Shown piece after piece: positions 52,101-63,945 of a stretch of DNA of 64,000 nt. This DNA comes from Pristiophorus japonicus. Lineage: Eukaryota. The position numbers and the translations under genes are program-made. A model generated the notes under the pieces. It worked only from the letters and a program-made list of their open reading frames with translations, did not search any database and was not told the DNA's origin. The DNA lies in assembly GCF_044704955.1 (NCBI RefSeq), contig NC_091989.1:111352001-111416000 (forward strand), read 5' to 3'. Position 1 is the stretch's first letter; the number at the start of each line of letters is the position of its first letter.

Positions 52101-52810
52101 CAGGATTAACTGTAGGCAAGAGTCTGATGCGGGGTATGTAAACTGCCTATACAGCTTTCTGTAGACAGGCTCCTCGATCAATTTGTTCACTGGTTTCTAA
52201 ATGAGAATTATATAAGACGGGAGTTACGGTGAATACTTGAGAAGCTTGATTTTTAAGACGTCTTCTGAACACCAACAGACTTTAAACAATCATTTTAATA
52301 TTTACACAAATAAAATTTCAGTTTTAAGAAAGTTTATGTATAAAAGCAGGTGAATGAATTTAATGCGTGTCTATCGAGTCTGTCATGTGACTTAAACACA
52401 AATAATATTGTACTCCAGCTACAGAAATATAAGCCTTTATTTTACTGATAACGAGTTTACAGTGTAGAGATATTCATCATATAAAATATACCCATTGCAT
52501 TCTAGAATTGCACAGGACATACTGAACTATCACGAAAACCATTGACTTTGATCTCTCAGTTCTGATAAATTTATCTTCCACAATCTCAACGTTAAAACCA
52601 AATGATTGGGTTTATTTTTTTTTCTAGGCACTGTTGTAACTTCTGTTCCAGCTGGCTGGGGATTGCTCTTGTGGCATAAACCATTCTCTTTTTTAAAACA
52701 ATAAAGCCCCAAACCAGTGCCATGACCATAATGTCAATCATACTTGTATAGGAGGCTCCATTTCTGTCTGCAGGGATGGTGCCCCCCACCAATGCACCGA
52801 GGTTGTGGTT

Positions 52811-53441
52811 AGAAACATAGAAACATAGAAAATAGGTACAGGAGTAGGCCATTTGGCCCTTCGAGCCTGCACCGCCATTCAATGAGTTCATGGCTGAACA
52901 TGCAACTTCAGTACCCCATTCCTGCTTTCTCGCCATACCCCTTGATCCCCCTAGTAGTAAGGACTACATCTAACTCCTTTTTGAATATATTTAGTGAATT
53001 GGCCTCAACAACTTTCTGGGTAGAGAATTCCACAGGTTCACCACTCTCTGGGTGAAGAGGTTTCTCCTCATCTTGGTCCTAAATGGCTTACCCCTTATCC
53101 TTGGACTGTGACCCCTGGTTCTGGACTTCCCCAACATTGGGAACATTCTTCCTGCATCTAACTTGTCTAAATCTGTCAGAATTTTAAACGTTTCTATGAG
53201 ATACCCTCTCATTCTTCTGAACTCCAGTGAATACAAGCCCAGTTGATTCAATCTTTCTTGATATGTCAGTCCCGCCATCCCGGAATCAGTCTGGTGAACC
53301 TTCGCTGCACTCCCTCAATAGCAAGAATGTCCTTCCTCAAGTTAGGAGACCAAAACTGTACACAATACTCCAGGTGTGGCCTCACCAAGGCCCTATACAA
53401 CTGTGGTAACACCTCCCTGCCCCTGTACTCAAATCCCTTCC
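52811..53441 (-). mobile_element. Young CR1/HER1-like LINE 3' fragment
   Basis: Near-identical to 1806-2430; tail present. Confidence 0.93.
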
Positions 53442-54454
53442 ATTAAGCTGGATTGTTATCTCCCCCTCACCATCGAAAATCAACAACAATGACAGTACAT
53501 GTAATTAGCTGCTGGTGCACACCATCAGGATACATGAGCTTCAGTGGGAGCTGTCTAATAATTTGAGGTATGAACCAAGTCATAAACTAGTAACTTAACT
53601 AGCAGTGTAAATTAAAGTGCTCAATTGATCTGATGTTTTGCTAGGTTAGACTATGGTCTTGGCTATTCATTTCTACCAGGAGATTAAATATATCATAGTG
53701 AAAACTGTACATGGTCTGTGGAAGGATTGATCCACATGGCACTTTCTCATTTCATGCTCTGGTCTGCGCTCTCTGTGTGAAGAGGTTGCTTGTTAAATTT
53801 AGCTGATAACTTTATTTGCTTTATAATCTTGTCTGCTGGCTCCATCAAAATGCCTTTCTACATCCATAATACTAGTTTCTTTTTATTAGTTGAAAACTCT
53901 CATCCTTGTCCTTCCACCTTATTGTTCAGACAGAAGATTTCAATCCCTTAGCGACCAGTACTGCACACAGGGCCACACAAGTGAGCAGAGCAAAATGATA
54001 AACTGATCCTGTGGGTGTGCAGTGCAAGTTTTGATTTCTGGTGTACTTTGTGCTCCAAGATTATAGTGCTTGGGGGTTGGGGAGTGTGGGTGGGGGGGGG
54101 GGGGGCGGCGGCGGTGGTGGTGGTGTCATTTTTCTTGTAATTTAATATTAATCCAATTTCAGTTTCTAGGACTTTTCATTCATGTTGGCCCCACACTTTG
54201 CCAGTGTTCCTTTACAGTATTACGAGGTTTGCAGGCTGCTACGGGTAAACAATTGCTGCCTAACACTAATGAAGCTATTGTCATTAACATAAGTTGCTAT
54301 CATGTTATTTATCATATTCATTACATAAAGCTTGTTACGTAGCACATTCATGAAGGGACAGAGTAAGAAAATATATACTGAAGAGATTTATAGTTTGATG
54401 AACCATTTAAAAAGTGCTCTTAGCATCTATTTTGAACTGCTAATTCAGGACCAG

Positions 54455-54659
54455 CTAAGACTGGAGAACAAACTTCTTGTCAGTAACTGATTTGTTATTG
54501 TTGGGTTCAGGTGCACAGGGGCCCATCTTTCTGCCCTGGTGCGGTTTGAATTGTGGTACTGCATAAATAACCTTGCCAGCTCTCTGCTGGTTTCTCGGTG
54601 GCACGTGGGGGCATGCTGGTCTCTTGTCTGCGTGCTGCGGCTTCATCTCTCTTGCAGGT
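54455..54659 (-). CDS. IgSF receptor, predicted last cytoplasmic exon (...RAGKVIYAVPQF...FVLQS*)
   Basis: Acceptor gattttaccag; open in phase 2 to TAG at 54455. The reading frame depends on upstream exon choice. Confidence 0.45.
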
Positions 54660-55214
54660 CTGGTAAAATCATCAGCAGTACATGCCATCCTGTAATTAGC
54701 TGGTCTCTGCATATGCCGCAAGATAATAGGATAAAAGAGATTGACAAGATGTTGACTTTTAGACAACATCAAAATCCCCAGAGACAATAAGGTTGATTAT
54801 GATTGCCTTTGCCTTGCATGAACAGGGTAGTAATGGCCTCAGAATAGGGTCAGTGGCTTTAATGGCACAGTAACACTGGCGATGCGACCAGCACCATATT
54901 AAAAGGGGCCAACTGCTGGCTGTCCAGAGTGCCCACCTGTTTCAGTTGAAATACATCCTTTAATACTTAAACTGGGTCTTTTACTAGGCCCCCGAAAGCA
55001 ATTTTAGGCAGGAACATTGCCAGAGCCTGCACAGTGTAGGGTTCGACCAGTTCCATGAGCGATGGAAGAGAAGAGGCCCAGCAAAGGGAAGTCGAATTAT
55101 TTTTATGGCCCTTGGAAGAGCAGGAGTCCATCTCCAGGGACCATAAAAATAACTTGGGTCACTGTCACCCGGGACCCCCACCCTCTGCGATTCTGGTAAC
55201 CTCACCTCCCCACA

Positions 55215-55495
55215 CGAATTACCTCAAAGCCACCATCTGCACGGCACAAGTCAGGCGTGTGATGGAATACTTTCCACTTGCCTGGATGAGTGCAGCTCCA
55301 ACAACACTCAAGACGCTCGACACCATCCAAGACAAAGCAGCCACCTGATTGGCACCCCATCCACCACCTTAAACATTCAATCCCTCCACCACCGGCACAC
55401 CGTGGCTGCAGTGTGTACCATCTACAAGATACACTGCAGCAACTCGCCAAGGCTTTTTCAGCAGCACCTCACAAACCCACCACCTCTACCACCTA
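55215..55495 (+). mobile_element. Non-LTR retrotransposon 3' RT fragment (RTE-X-like)
   Basis: ATICTAQVRRVMEYFPLAWMSAAPTTLKTLDTIQDKA. Confidence 0.65.
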
Positions 55496-55545
55496 TTTAA
55501 ACTTATTTCAGAGCAGCTGATAAAAAAGGATTATAGTGAACGTAC

Positions 55546-55589
55546 CTGCTTTTCCTGAACACTTCTTTCCTCTGCTTTGCTCCCTTTGG
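55546..55589 (-). CDS. IgSF receptor, short cytoplasmic exon (44 nt)
   Basis: Acceptor tttattctgtaccag, donor CAG|GTACGT; purine-rich and open in the relevant frames. Confidence 0.55.
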
Positions 55590-55827
55590 CTGGTACAGAA
55601 TAAATTGATAGTAAATAACATGACCTTAAATACATTCTCTGGCAGATAAGAAATGGTTGCCTTTTAATGTCTGTTTGCATTTGACCTACACCAATTAATG
55701 GAAATATCTCAATTTCACAATCTAATAGAACCCTATTATCAATGTAAATGACACTGCCATATGTTTGATATAATTTAATAGATCCTAATGACTCATTTGA
55801 GTAAATAAAATATTTTAATTTGCAAAC

Positions 55828-55868
55828 CTGATGCATACTAGAGGCATAAATATAATCAGAATTTCTTA
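55828..55868 (-). CDS. IgSF receptor, candidate cytoplasmic exon (VRNSDYIYASSMHQ)
   Basis: Phase 1 to 0, donor CAG|GTTTGC, weak acceptor (gattggcag). Including it puts downstream exons in the VIYAV frame. Confidence 0.35.
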
Positions 55869-56129
55869 CTGCCAATCATTTCTCATCACCTGCTCACTCA
55901 GAAACCAGATCTACAGGACAATTCAGAAACATCTGACTAATAACAGTCGGCAATCAAATGAATTTCATAATAATTATTATAGTCAGTCGCAGCTATTGGT
56001 CAATGTAACTGGTCTCAGTTATGAATTAACTAGCTTTTGTTATTTACTAACTTGCCTTGATAGGTAAACAATCAAATTAGCTTCAACGTAATCTGTTAAT
56101 CTCATATCTAGTTTGTATGGAGAGGTGAA

Positions 56130-56290
56130 AATGATCCCCAATATCTAGATCATGAGGGGAGGTGAGTGATCCCTAATATCTAGAATGTGAGGGGAGGTGA
56201 GAGTGAACTCCAATACCTATATTGTGAGGAAAGGGAAGAGTAGTACCCAATATCTAGATTAAGGGGGGGTGGGAGTGATCCCAATATCGA
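56130..56290. repeat. Degenerate tandem repeat, about 35-40 bp x4
   Basis: Recurrent cccaatatctagat..gaggggaggtgag units. Confidence 0.7.
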
Positions 56291-57018
56291 GGAGGATACG
56301 ATCCCTTAACTAGGTTATGAGCTAATATAGTCCATGGTCTTTAGATAAAGGGTGGACATTTAACCTGGTGCAGTCTATGTATCTTGGATAGATAATAAGG
56401 TTCCTCTTTGGCCATTGCTGCTATTGATAAAATTCAGCAAATAGACTTTTAAACTGCTTTTTAGAAAATCTAACATGACTTAAACACTGCTGATGTAATG
56501 GGGCGATAGCAAATCTTATCTGTAGACCTGCAAGGGAATTGCAGGGTCCCAGGGCAGCACAACGTACCACTCCTTGCATTATTCATACATACCACTCTAC
56601 TCCATCGCATCTACCAGTAACGGGACAGAGCTAGACTGCAGTACTGCAGTGAGGAAACTATTATTAGGATAGTCGATGCAATACATGGTGTAAATGTCTG
56701 TGGCAGTGATCCAGTCTTTTGCCTCTCTTGTAATAACTGAGATATTACAATATTTACTCCATTCACATGTCAAACCAACAACTGAAGAGGTTGTCTAGTG
56801 AGGTGTAGTAAATTACTCGCCACAGAAAATATCAACGTTCCCCAACGTGTTATGATGCTCTCCTCAGTGTTCACTGAACTCATTGTTTAAATCCATGAGT
56901 ACAGTCAAATATAATTCACTTACAATATCACTTCAGTTCATTGCAACTTGTGCTTTTATAAATAAAGTATATTGAAATTTCTAAATTTAAACCATTTAGC
57001 AAAATATGGCATGCTTAC

Positions 57019-57120
57019 CTCTGCATTCACAGAATTTACAAAGTATTGGTATAATAATCAGGAGCAGCAGAAGGAACGCTCCACACCCTGTCCAGATATA
57101 GATCCACCAGTGCGGAACAT
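57019..57120 (-). CDS. IgSF receptor, transmembrane exon (DVPHWWIYIWTGCGAFLLLLLIIIPILCKFCECR)
   Basis: 102 nt, phase 1-1 (an alternative acceptor at 57132 gives 114 nt), donor GAG|GTAAGC, hydrophobic uncharged TM segment. Confidence 0.8.
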
Positions 57121-57521
57121 CTGATACGCTCTCTGTAATGTTACAAAGTGCAAATACATAACTCAAATTAATAGTTATATCACACCACATTGTGAGAACA
57201 ATGCAACACATTCATGTTTTAGCACTAATTCAAACACTGATATACAAAGTAACAATGTGATCAATCTGACAATACCACATCCTGGTTAGTAAACATGTTG
57301 GTTGCAAATAATAATGGTTGAAACATATATATGTATGTTTGTAAAATTAAGTCAGGGAGATCATGTGGCAATGGGTAGAGGAGAAATATTTCAATTTACC
57401 TTCTCCACCCTCTCCTATTCCAGCCAAGCCCTCATTCACTGCATAAAGCTGCCCTTCTCTGTGACTGACCTGTACGCCCTCCCACTGACGGACTGGAGAA
57501 TCTCACCGTTACTGTCAGCCC

Positions 57522-57825
57522 CTCTCCGTTACAGACCTGCATTCACTGTTACTCTCCGTTACAGATCTGCACTCACTGTTACTCTCCGTTATAGATCTGC
57601 ACTCACTGTTACTCTCTCCATTACAGATCTGCACTCACTGTTACTCTCCGTTATAGATCTGCACTCACTGTTACTCTCTGTTACAGATCTGCACTCACTG
57701 TTACTCTCCGTTATAGATCTGCACTCACGGTCACTCTCCGTTACAGATCTGCAGTCACGGTCACTCTCTGTTACAGACCTGCACTCACTGTCGCTCTCTG
57801 TTACAGACCTGTACTAACTGTCACC
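57522..57825. repeat. 30-bp minisatellite, about 10 copies (CTCTCCGTTACAGATCTGCACTCACTGTTA)
   Basis: Directly visible tandem array, intronic. Confidence 0.95.
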
Positions 57826-58469
57826 GTTGCTATCCAAATTTGTCAATGTTATTTAAAGTTGAACAGATTCTACTTCAATTTCAGAACAGATTGACAGGAG
57901 TTCTTTGAATTGTAAAAATATTGCTTCCTGAAAGGGATTCCATGAGAAGGCATTTGGTAAAATATTTATTTATTTACCTGAAGCAGCCCCACGAATCATA
58001 TTGAAGTACATGACTGTGTCAATCCCAAATCATATTGTCGCAGCAAAAAATATGCTTTTGTGTCCTCGCCCTCCAATAAAAACAGGTGTGCTTAACACTT
58101 TCTCATGAAAACCATGCACCTTTAAGATGAAGGCCTTTGCCACCCAAGTGAATTTGGATTAAGGTGACTGTTAGGACTGTGATCCTTTTTGTTATGATAC
58201 AATGCACAGGTTGTATCTTAATTTGCCTGTTCACCGGCAGTGGCGCTGGCAGTGTGACTGAGTGAGACTGCCCGCTAAACTAACCCTTCGGAATTGTGAC
58301 GGGTCAGTCTCATTTCAATACCTTCAGCACGCTCCTGCCCTGGGAGCTCTCTTCAGTGTGGGGTGGGTGGGAAATGGTCGTTGCTGATTATTCTAATGAT
58401 TAAGGGCACTATCTCAGAGGTTTTCCATTAGCTGCTTGCACTCAGAGAGGGAAATGCCACTGGTATATT

Positions 58470-58640
58470 ATAGCATCATACAGCACGGGAGGAGGCCTAT
58501 TCCGGCTCATTGAAAGAGCCATCCAATTAGTCCCACTCTCCTCTTTCCTCAGAGCCCTGGATTGTTTATTCTTTTTCAAAATATATCCAAATCCCTTTTA
58601 AAATTACTATTTCACCACCCTTTCAGGCAGTGCGTTCCAG
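58470..58640 (-). mobile_element. Old CR1 3' fragment
   Basis: Reverse complement of the family at 16240-16490 (gaaagagccatccaattagtcccactc). Confidence 0.6.
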
Positions 58641-59007
58641 GTGGAAGGTAGCTTGCTCCTCAAGTTACTGCCATAAGCATTTAACCTTCCCTCCACATTT
58701 CTCGTCACCGAGTAAGGCTGGGTGGCAGCTGAACGCGAGTGTCAGTCTTGTCCAGTGTGACTGAGGCGGGATATCGCCTTTGATTTCACTTCGTTTCATT
58801 TAAATAACCAGCATGGATTTGAACATTCCCGCTCCGGTACCACTGGCAAAAGTGTGTTAAACCAGGAGATATTCCCACCCAGCGTTTCTTAAATTGTCTT
58901 CCAGAAAAATCCAATGTGATATAAATTCAATGTAACATATCTTGTGTACATTAGACCAAATGTGCAAGTCTAGAGCAATGTTTGAGAATCGGTGGAAATG
59001 ACTGTAC

Positions 59008-59313
59008 CTTCAGAACTGGAAATGTAGGTGTAAAGGGTTTGAACCTGGTTGTCCAGGTAGGAGACACGACAGGTGTAAACTGTCCCATTCTGAGCGGGCT
59101 GCACTTGCTCCAAATAGCCGGAAATCTGGAAGAGCCCTCCTGGCCGTTGCTGAATGTCACTGCGGGTCCCTTTTACAATCTCGGTGCCGTTCGCAAACCA
59201 TTTGATGCTCAACTCCTTGGAGCGAACGCCGCCAGTGGTACAGACAAGTCTGAGGAAAGCCGACGACTCTTTTCCAAACAGGGTGGGGACAATCTGCGGA
59301 GGATCGAAGAGAG
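59008..59313 (-). CDS. IgSF receptor, C1-set immunoglobulin domain exon
   Basis: 306 nt, phase 1-1, acceptor ctctttctctcgtttgtcccaaag, donor AAG|GTACAG. Translation LFDPPQI...LRLVCTTGG....LSIKWFANG.....GLFQISGYL.....GTVYTCRVSY has the B-strand Cys, C-strand Trp and YTCxV. Confidence 0.88.
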
Positions 59314-60384
59314 CTTTGGGACAAACGAGAGAAAGAGTTATGTCGCTTTTAAATAAAAATGAATCCGAATTTATTCAATTCCAGGTTTGGTCATTTTCTC
59401 GATCTTATTTTACATTGCAATACTCATTCGATTTACTCTGTTTTTGTTAATCTGTTCCTACCATCCTATTTACACTGTCATGTTTGGCCATTTTCTCCCG
59501 ACCCTAGTTTGCATTGTCATATCGGGTTTTACACAGGACGCCAAAGTCAGAGCCATTTCTCCCGGGTTTCCGCCGAAGTTACGACGAGAGAACCACACTG
59601 AAATTCTAGCCCTCTGTTTGGAAACTCGGACAGTGGAAGTTCCCGGCTCTGCTGGGATCAGTCGTTGTTTCCCAACTCTGAGAATCGCAACATTGACCGG
59701 TGTAAAATCAATGTGCACCCCTTCCTGTGCAACATCCATTCTCAGGGCACTTGTCGAGATATGTGTGAGTTTTACTCAATTCCTTATATCCACTGCCGGT
59801 GAAATGTACAAAAAGCCGCTTTATGTGTACGTTATGCTTTTCATCGAGATAAACCACAGACATATATATGATAGATGTATAGTGAATAAATGCAGATCCA
59901 TTGAGAATTACTTGGGTTAATTCACTAATTCCAGTCTCACATCAATCTCACACCGAGAGCCCAGACTTGTGATAAATGAATGGAATAATATTGGTCAGTA
60001 TACTGTTGACGGCGGCTCTAGGAAAGGCGGGATGAGTGGGGTAACCTCACGCCGTCCTCAGCCGCCACCTTCCCTTTTCTGGGACACAACCGTTCTGTTG
60101 TTGTGGAGGCGTTGGACTGAGTTACCTCCCGCCCCATCAAACCGGCTCAGAGTGAAAGGCCCGGAATACTCTGAATACTATGGGAGCTCATACCCGGCAT
60201 AGTAATGTCGCTGTTTCTATATAAATTCGGAGTAACTATTTGTACTAAGTCTCCTTTCTGCCTATACAGAAGCGGGAGTTAGGACAAATATCACCGACTA
60301 CACCCCGCCAGCGCAATTCCTGCTAATCCTTTTCTCCGCATGCGTCCAACACCAAATTGCCTCCACTGAGCAATCCTGAGCGCT

Positions 60385-60725
60385 CCCCCCCACACAGCCC
60401 GAGCCCCCCCCCCACCACAGTCCCGAGCCCCCCCACAGCCCGAGCCCCCACCCCCACAGCCCCGAGCCCCCCCCCCGCCCCACAGCCCGAGCCTCCCACA
60501 GCCCCGAGCCCTCCCCACAGCCATGAACCCCTCACAGCCCCGAGCCCCCCTCCCCCACAGCGTCAAGCCCCCCCCCACAGCCCCGATCCCCTCAGAGCCC
60601 CGAGGCCCCCCCCCCCACAGCCCCAAGCCCCACACAGCCCCAAGCCCCCCCCCCCACAGTCCCGAGCCCCTCACAGCCCCGAGCCCCGCACAGCTCCGAG
60701 CCCCCTCACAGCCCCACGCCCCCAC
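60385..60725. repeat. C-rich minisatellite (CACAGCCCCGAGCCCCC variants, about 17-20 bp unit)
   Basis: Directly visible, with variable-length C runs. Confidence 0.92.
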
Positions 60726-60726
60726 T

Positions 60727-61050
60727 CATTGGGGAAACTAAAACTAGAGGGCATAGTCTCAGAATAAGGGGCTGCCCATTTAAAACTGAGACGAGGAGGA
60801 ATTTCTTCTCTCAGAGGGCTGTAAATCTGTGGAATTCTCTGCCCCAGAGAGCCATGGAGGCTGGTTCTTTGAATATATTTAAGGCGGAGATAGACAGATT
60901 TTTGAGCGATAAGGGAGTAAAGGGTTCTGGGGAGTGGGCAGGGAAGTGGAACTGAGTCCATGATCAGATCAGCCATATCTTATTGAATGGTGGAGCAGGC
61001 TCGATGGGCCAACTGGCCTAACCCTGCTCCTATTTCTTATGTTCTTATGT
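60727..61050 (+). mobile_element. CR1 3' fragment with (TTCTTATG) tail
   Basis: aactagagggcatagtctcagaataagggg...cctatttcttatgttcttatg. Confidence 0.85.
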
Positions 61051-62276
61051 TTTCTAGTGCTTGGTTTGCTTTTTTATGGCTTTGCATCACACTTTTAGCA
61101 ATTCGTGTATTTGTCCTCCAAGATCCCTTTGTTCCTCTACCTCACCTAGATTCTCACCTTCCAAGTAATAAGTGACTTCCCTATTCTTCCTACCAAAATG
61201 TAATACCTCACATTTATCTGTGTTGAATTTCATTTGCCAATTATCTGCCCATTCTGCAAGTTTATTAATATCCTCCTGTAATTTGTTGCCGTCCTACTCC
61301 TATTGTCTATTGCCCCCAATAGTCTACACATTTAGAAGTTGTATTTTTGATTCCAAGTCTCAATCATTAATGTATATTCTGAACAACAGTGGTCCCAGTG
61401 ATCCTTGTGGAATACCATTCTCCACCCTCTGCCACTGTGAAAAACTATCCTTTATCCCTACTCTCTGCTTTCTGTCTTGAAACCAGCGAGCTATCCATTC
61501 TGCTACTTGTCCCCTGACTCTGCATTCTCTGACCTTGTTCATCAGTCTATTATGGGGTAACTTATCAAAGGACTTGAAAATCTAAATTAATTACATCTAC
61601 TACATTACCATTGTCTACTCTCTGTTACCTCTTCATATAATTCAATGAGGTTGGTCAAGCAGGACTTTCCCATTTGAAATCCATGCTGACTATTCATTGT
61701 TATATTTTTTGTTTCTAGATATTCTTCTGTTTTCTCCTTTAGTAGCATTCCATTATTTTTTCTACCACCAATGTTAAGCTGACTGGTCCATAATTGCCTC
61801 GACATGTTCTATCCCCCTTCTTAAATATAGATATTATGTTAGATATCTGCCAGTCCTCTGCCACTACATCTTTTTCTAACGAATTATTAAATAGGTGTAG
61901 TAATGCCTCTGCTATCTCTTCCTAGATTAAAAGAAATACATGGATGCAATCCATTCAGACCAGGGGTTTTTATCCTAATTGAGGTTGATTTATTTAATAT
62001 ATTCCCTTTTTATTTTAAATGTACTTATCTCATTACTAATCTCATCATCCAATGTCATGTCCACCTCTTCTATCTCCCTGGTGAATATTGAAGCAAAATA
62101 ATTACTTAATATTTCTGCCATCTCTCTATCATTACCTGTGGTATTATCCTGTCTATCCCTCAATGGCCCTATTCCATCCCAACCTTTCTTTTTTATTGAT
62201 GTGCCTGTAAAATATTTTACTATTTTGTTTTATGTCCCTTGATAATTTAATTTCATAGTTCCTCTTTGCCTTCCAA
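61051..62276 (-). mobile_element. Old degraded CR1 RT fragment
   Basis: QHGFQMGKSCLTNL and GIPQGSLGPLLF..YIND remnants. Confidence 0.8.
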
Positions 62277-63945
62277 GGGAGGACCTTGAGATGATCACTA
62301 TCACTAGGGAGGTAGTGCTGGACAGACTAATGGGATTGAAGGTAGACAAGTCCCCTGGTCCTGATGAAATGCATCCCAGGGTATTAAAAGAGATGGCAGA
62401 AGTTATAGCAGATGCATTTGTTATAATCTACCAAAATTCTCTGGCATCTGGGGAGGTACCAGCGGATTGGAGAGCAGCTAAAGTAACGCCTCTGTTTAAA
62501 AAAGGGGGCAGGCAAAAGGCAGGTAACTATAGGCCGGTTAGTTTAACATCTGTAGTGGGGAAAATGCTTGAAACTATCATTAAGGAAGAAATAGCGGAAC
62601 ATCTGGATAGGAATAGTGCAATCAAGCAGACGCAGCATGGATTCATGAAAGGGAAATCATGTTTAACTAACTTACTGGAATTCTTTGAGGATATAACGAG
62701 CATGGTGGATAGAGGTGCACCGATGGATGTGGTGTATTTAGATTTCCAAAAGGCATTCGATAAGGTGCCACACAAAAGGTTACTGCAGAAGATAAAGGTA
62801 CGCGGAGTCAGAGGAAATGTATTAGCATGGATAGAGAATTGGCTGGTGAACAGAAAGCAGAGAGTCGGGATAAATGGGTCCTTTTCCGGTTGGAAATCAG
62901 TGGTTAGTGGTGTGCCACAGGGATCAGTGCTGGGACCACAGCTGTTTACAATATACATAGATGACCTAGAGGAGGGGACAGAGTGTAGTGCAACAAAATT
63001 TGCAGATGACACTAAGATTAGTGGGAAAGCGGGTTGTGTAGAGGACTCAGAGAGGCTACAAGGAGATTTGGATAGGTTAAGCGAATGGGCTAAGGTTTGG
63101 CAGATGGAATACAATGTCGGAAAGTGTGAGGTCATCCACCTTGGGGAAAAAAAACAGTAAAAGGGAATATTATTTGAATGGGGAGAAATTACAACATGCT
63201 GTGGTGCAGAGGCACCTGGGGGTCCTTGTGCATGAATCCCAAAAGGTTAGTTTGCAGGTGCAGCAGGTAATCAGGAAGGCAAATGGAATGTTGGCCTTCA
63301 TTGCGAAAGGGATGGAGTACAAAAGCAGGGAGGTGTTGCTGCAACTGTATAAGGTATTGGTAAGGCCGCACCTGGAGTACTGCGTGGAGTTTTGGTCACC
63401 TTACTTAAGGAAGGATATACTAGCTTTGGAAGGGGTACAGAGACGATTCACTAGGCTGATTCGAGAAATGAGGGGGTTAACTTATGATGATAGATTGAGT
63501 AGACTGGGTCTTTACTCCTTGGAGTTCAGAAGGATGAGGGGTGATCTTATAGAAACATTTAAAATCATGAAAGGGATAGACAAGATAGAGGCAGAGAGGT
63601 TGTTTCCATTGGTGGGGGAGACTAGAACTAGGGGGCACAGCCTCAAAATACGGAGGAGCCAATTTAAAACCGAGTTGAGAAAGAATTTCTTCTCCCAGAG
63701 GGTTGTGAATCTGTGGAATTCGCTGCCCAAGGAAGCAGTTAAGGCTGGCTCATTGAATGTTTTCAAGTCAAAGATAGATAGATTTTTAAGCAATAAGGGA
63801 AGTAAGGGTTACGGGGAGAGGGCGGGTAAGTGGAGCTGAGTCCACGACCAGATCTTGTTGAACATGGTCTTATTGAATGGCGGAGCAGGCTCGAGGGGCT
63901 AGATGGCCTACTCCTGTTCCTAATTCTTATGTTCTTATGTTCTTG
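62277..63945 (+). mobile_element. Young 5'-truncated CR1 LINE (second family); one frameshift in a G/A run at about 63145
   Basis: ORFs 62291-63160 and 63114-63839 cover the RT and C-terminus; (TTCTTATG)n tail. Confidence 0.95.

Noticed and set aside
57522-57825. CRISPR-like appearance of regular 30-bp repeats and the 171-aa ORF 57302-57817
   Set aside because: The repeats are contiguous with no unique spacers, there are no cas genes and the context is eukaryotic. The ORF is a by-product of the 30-bp period.
57978-58013. Possible 36-nt phase 1-1 stalk exon of the Ig receptor (VMYFNMIRGAAS)
   Set aside because: The donor is good but the acceptor lacks a pyrimidine tract and the exon is not needed for frame; it cannot be supported without transcripts.
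59791-59816. RSS-like CACTGCC...ACAAAAAGC upstream of the C1 exon
   Set aside because: The spacer is 10 nt rather than 12 or 23, the heptamer is poor and no J segment (FGxG) is adjacent, so there is no evidence of a rearranging locus.
60291-60767. Pro-rich and Gly-rich ORFs
   Set aside because: They are translations of the C-rich minisatellite running into a LINE fragment.
63140-63160. Frameshifts at the homologous HFGxKN position in three CR1 copies (about 10125, 22370, 63145), suggesting programmed frameshifting
   Set aside because: The lesions differ between copies, lie in or next to homopolymer or dinucleotide runs, and other copies (18910, 35515) are in frame there. An indel hotspot or sequencing error is more likely.
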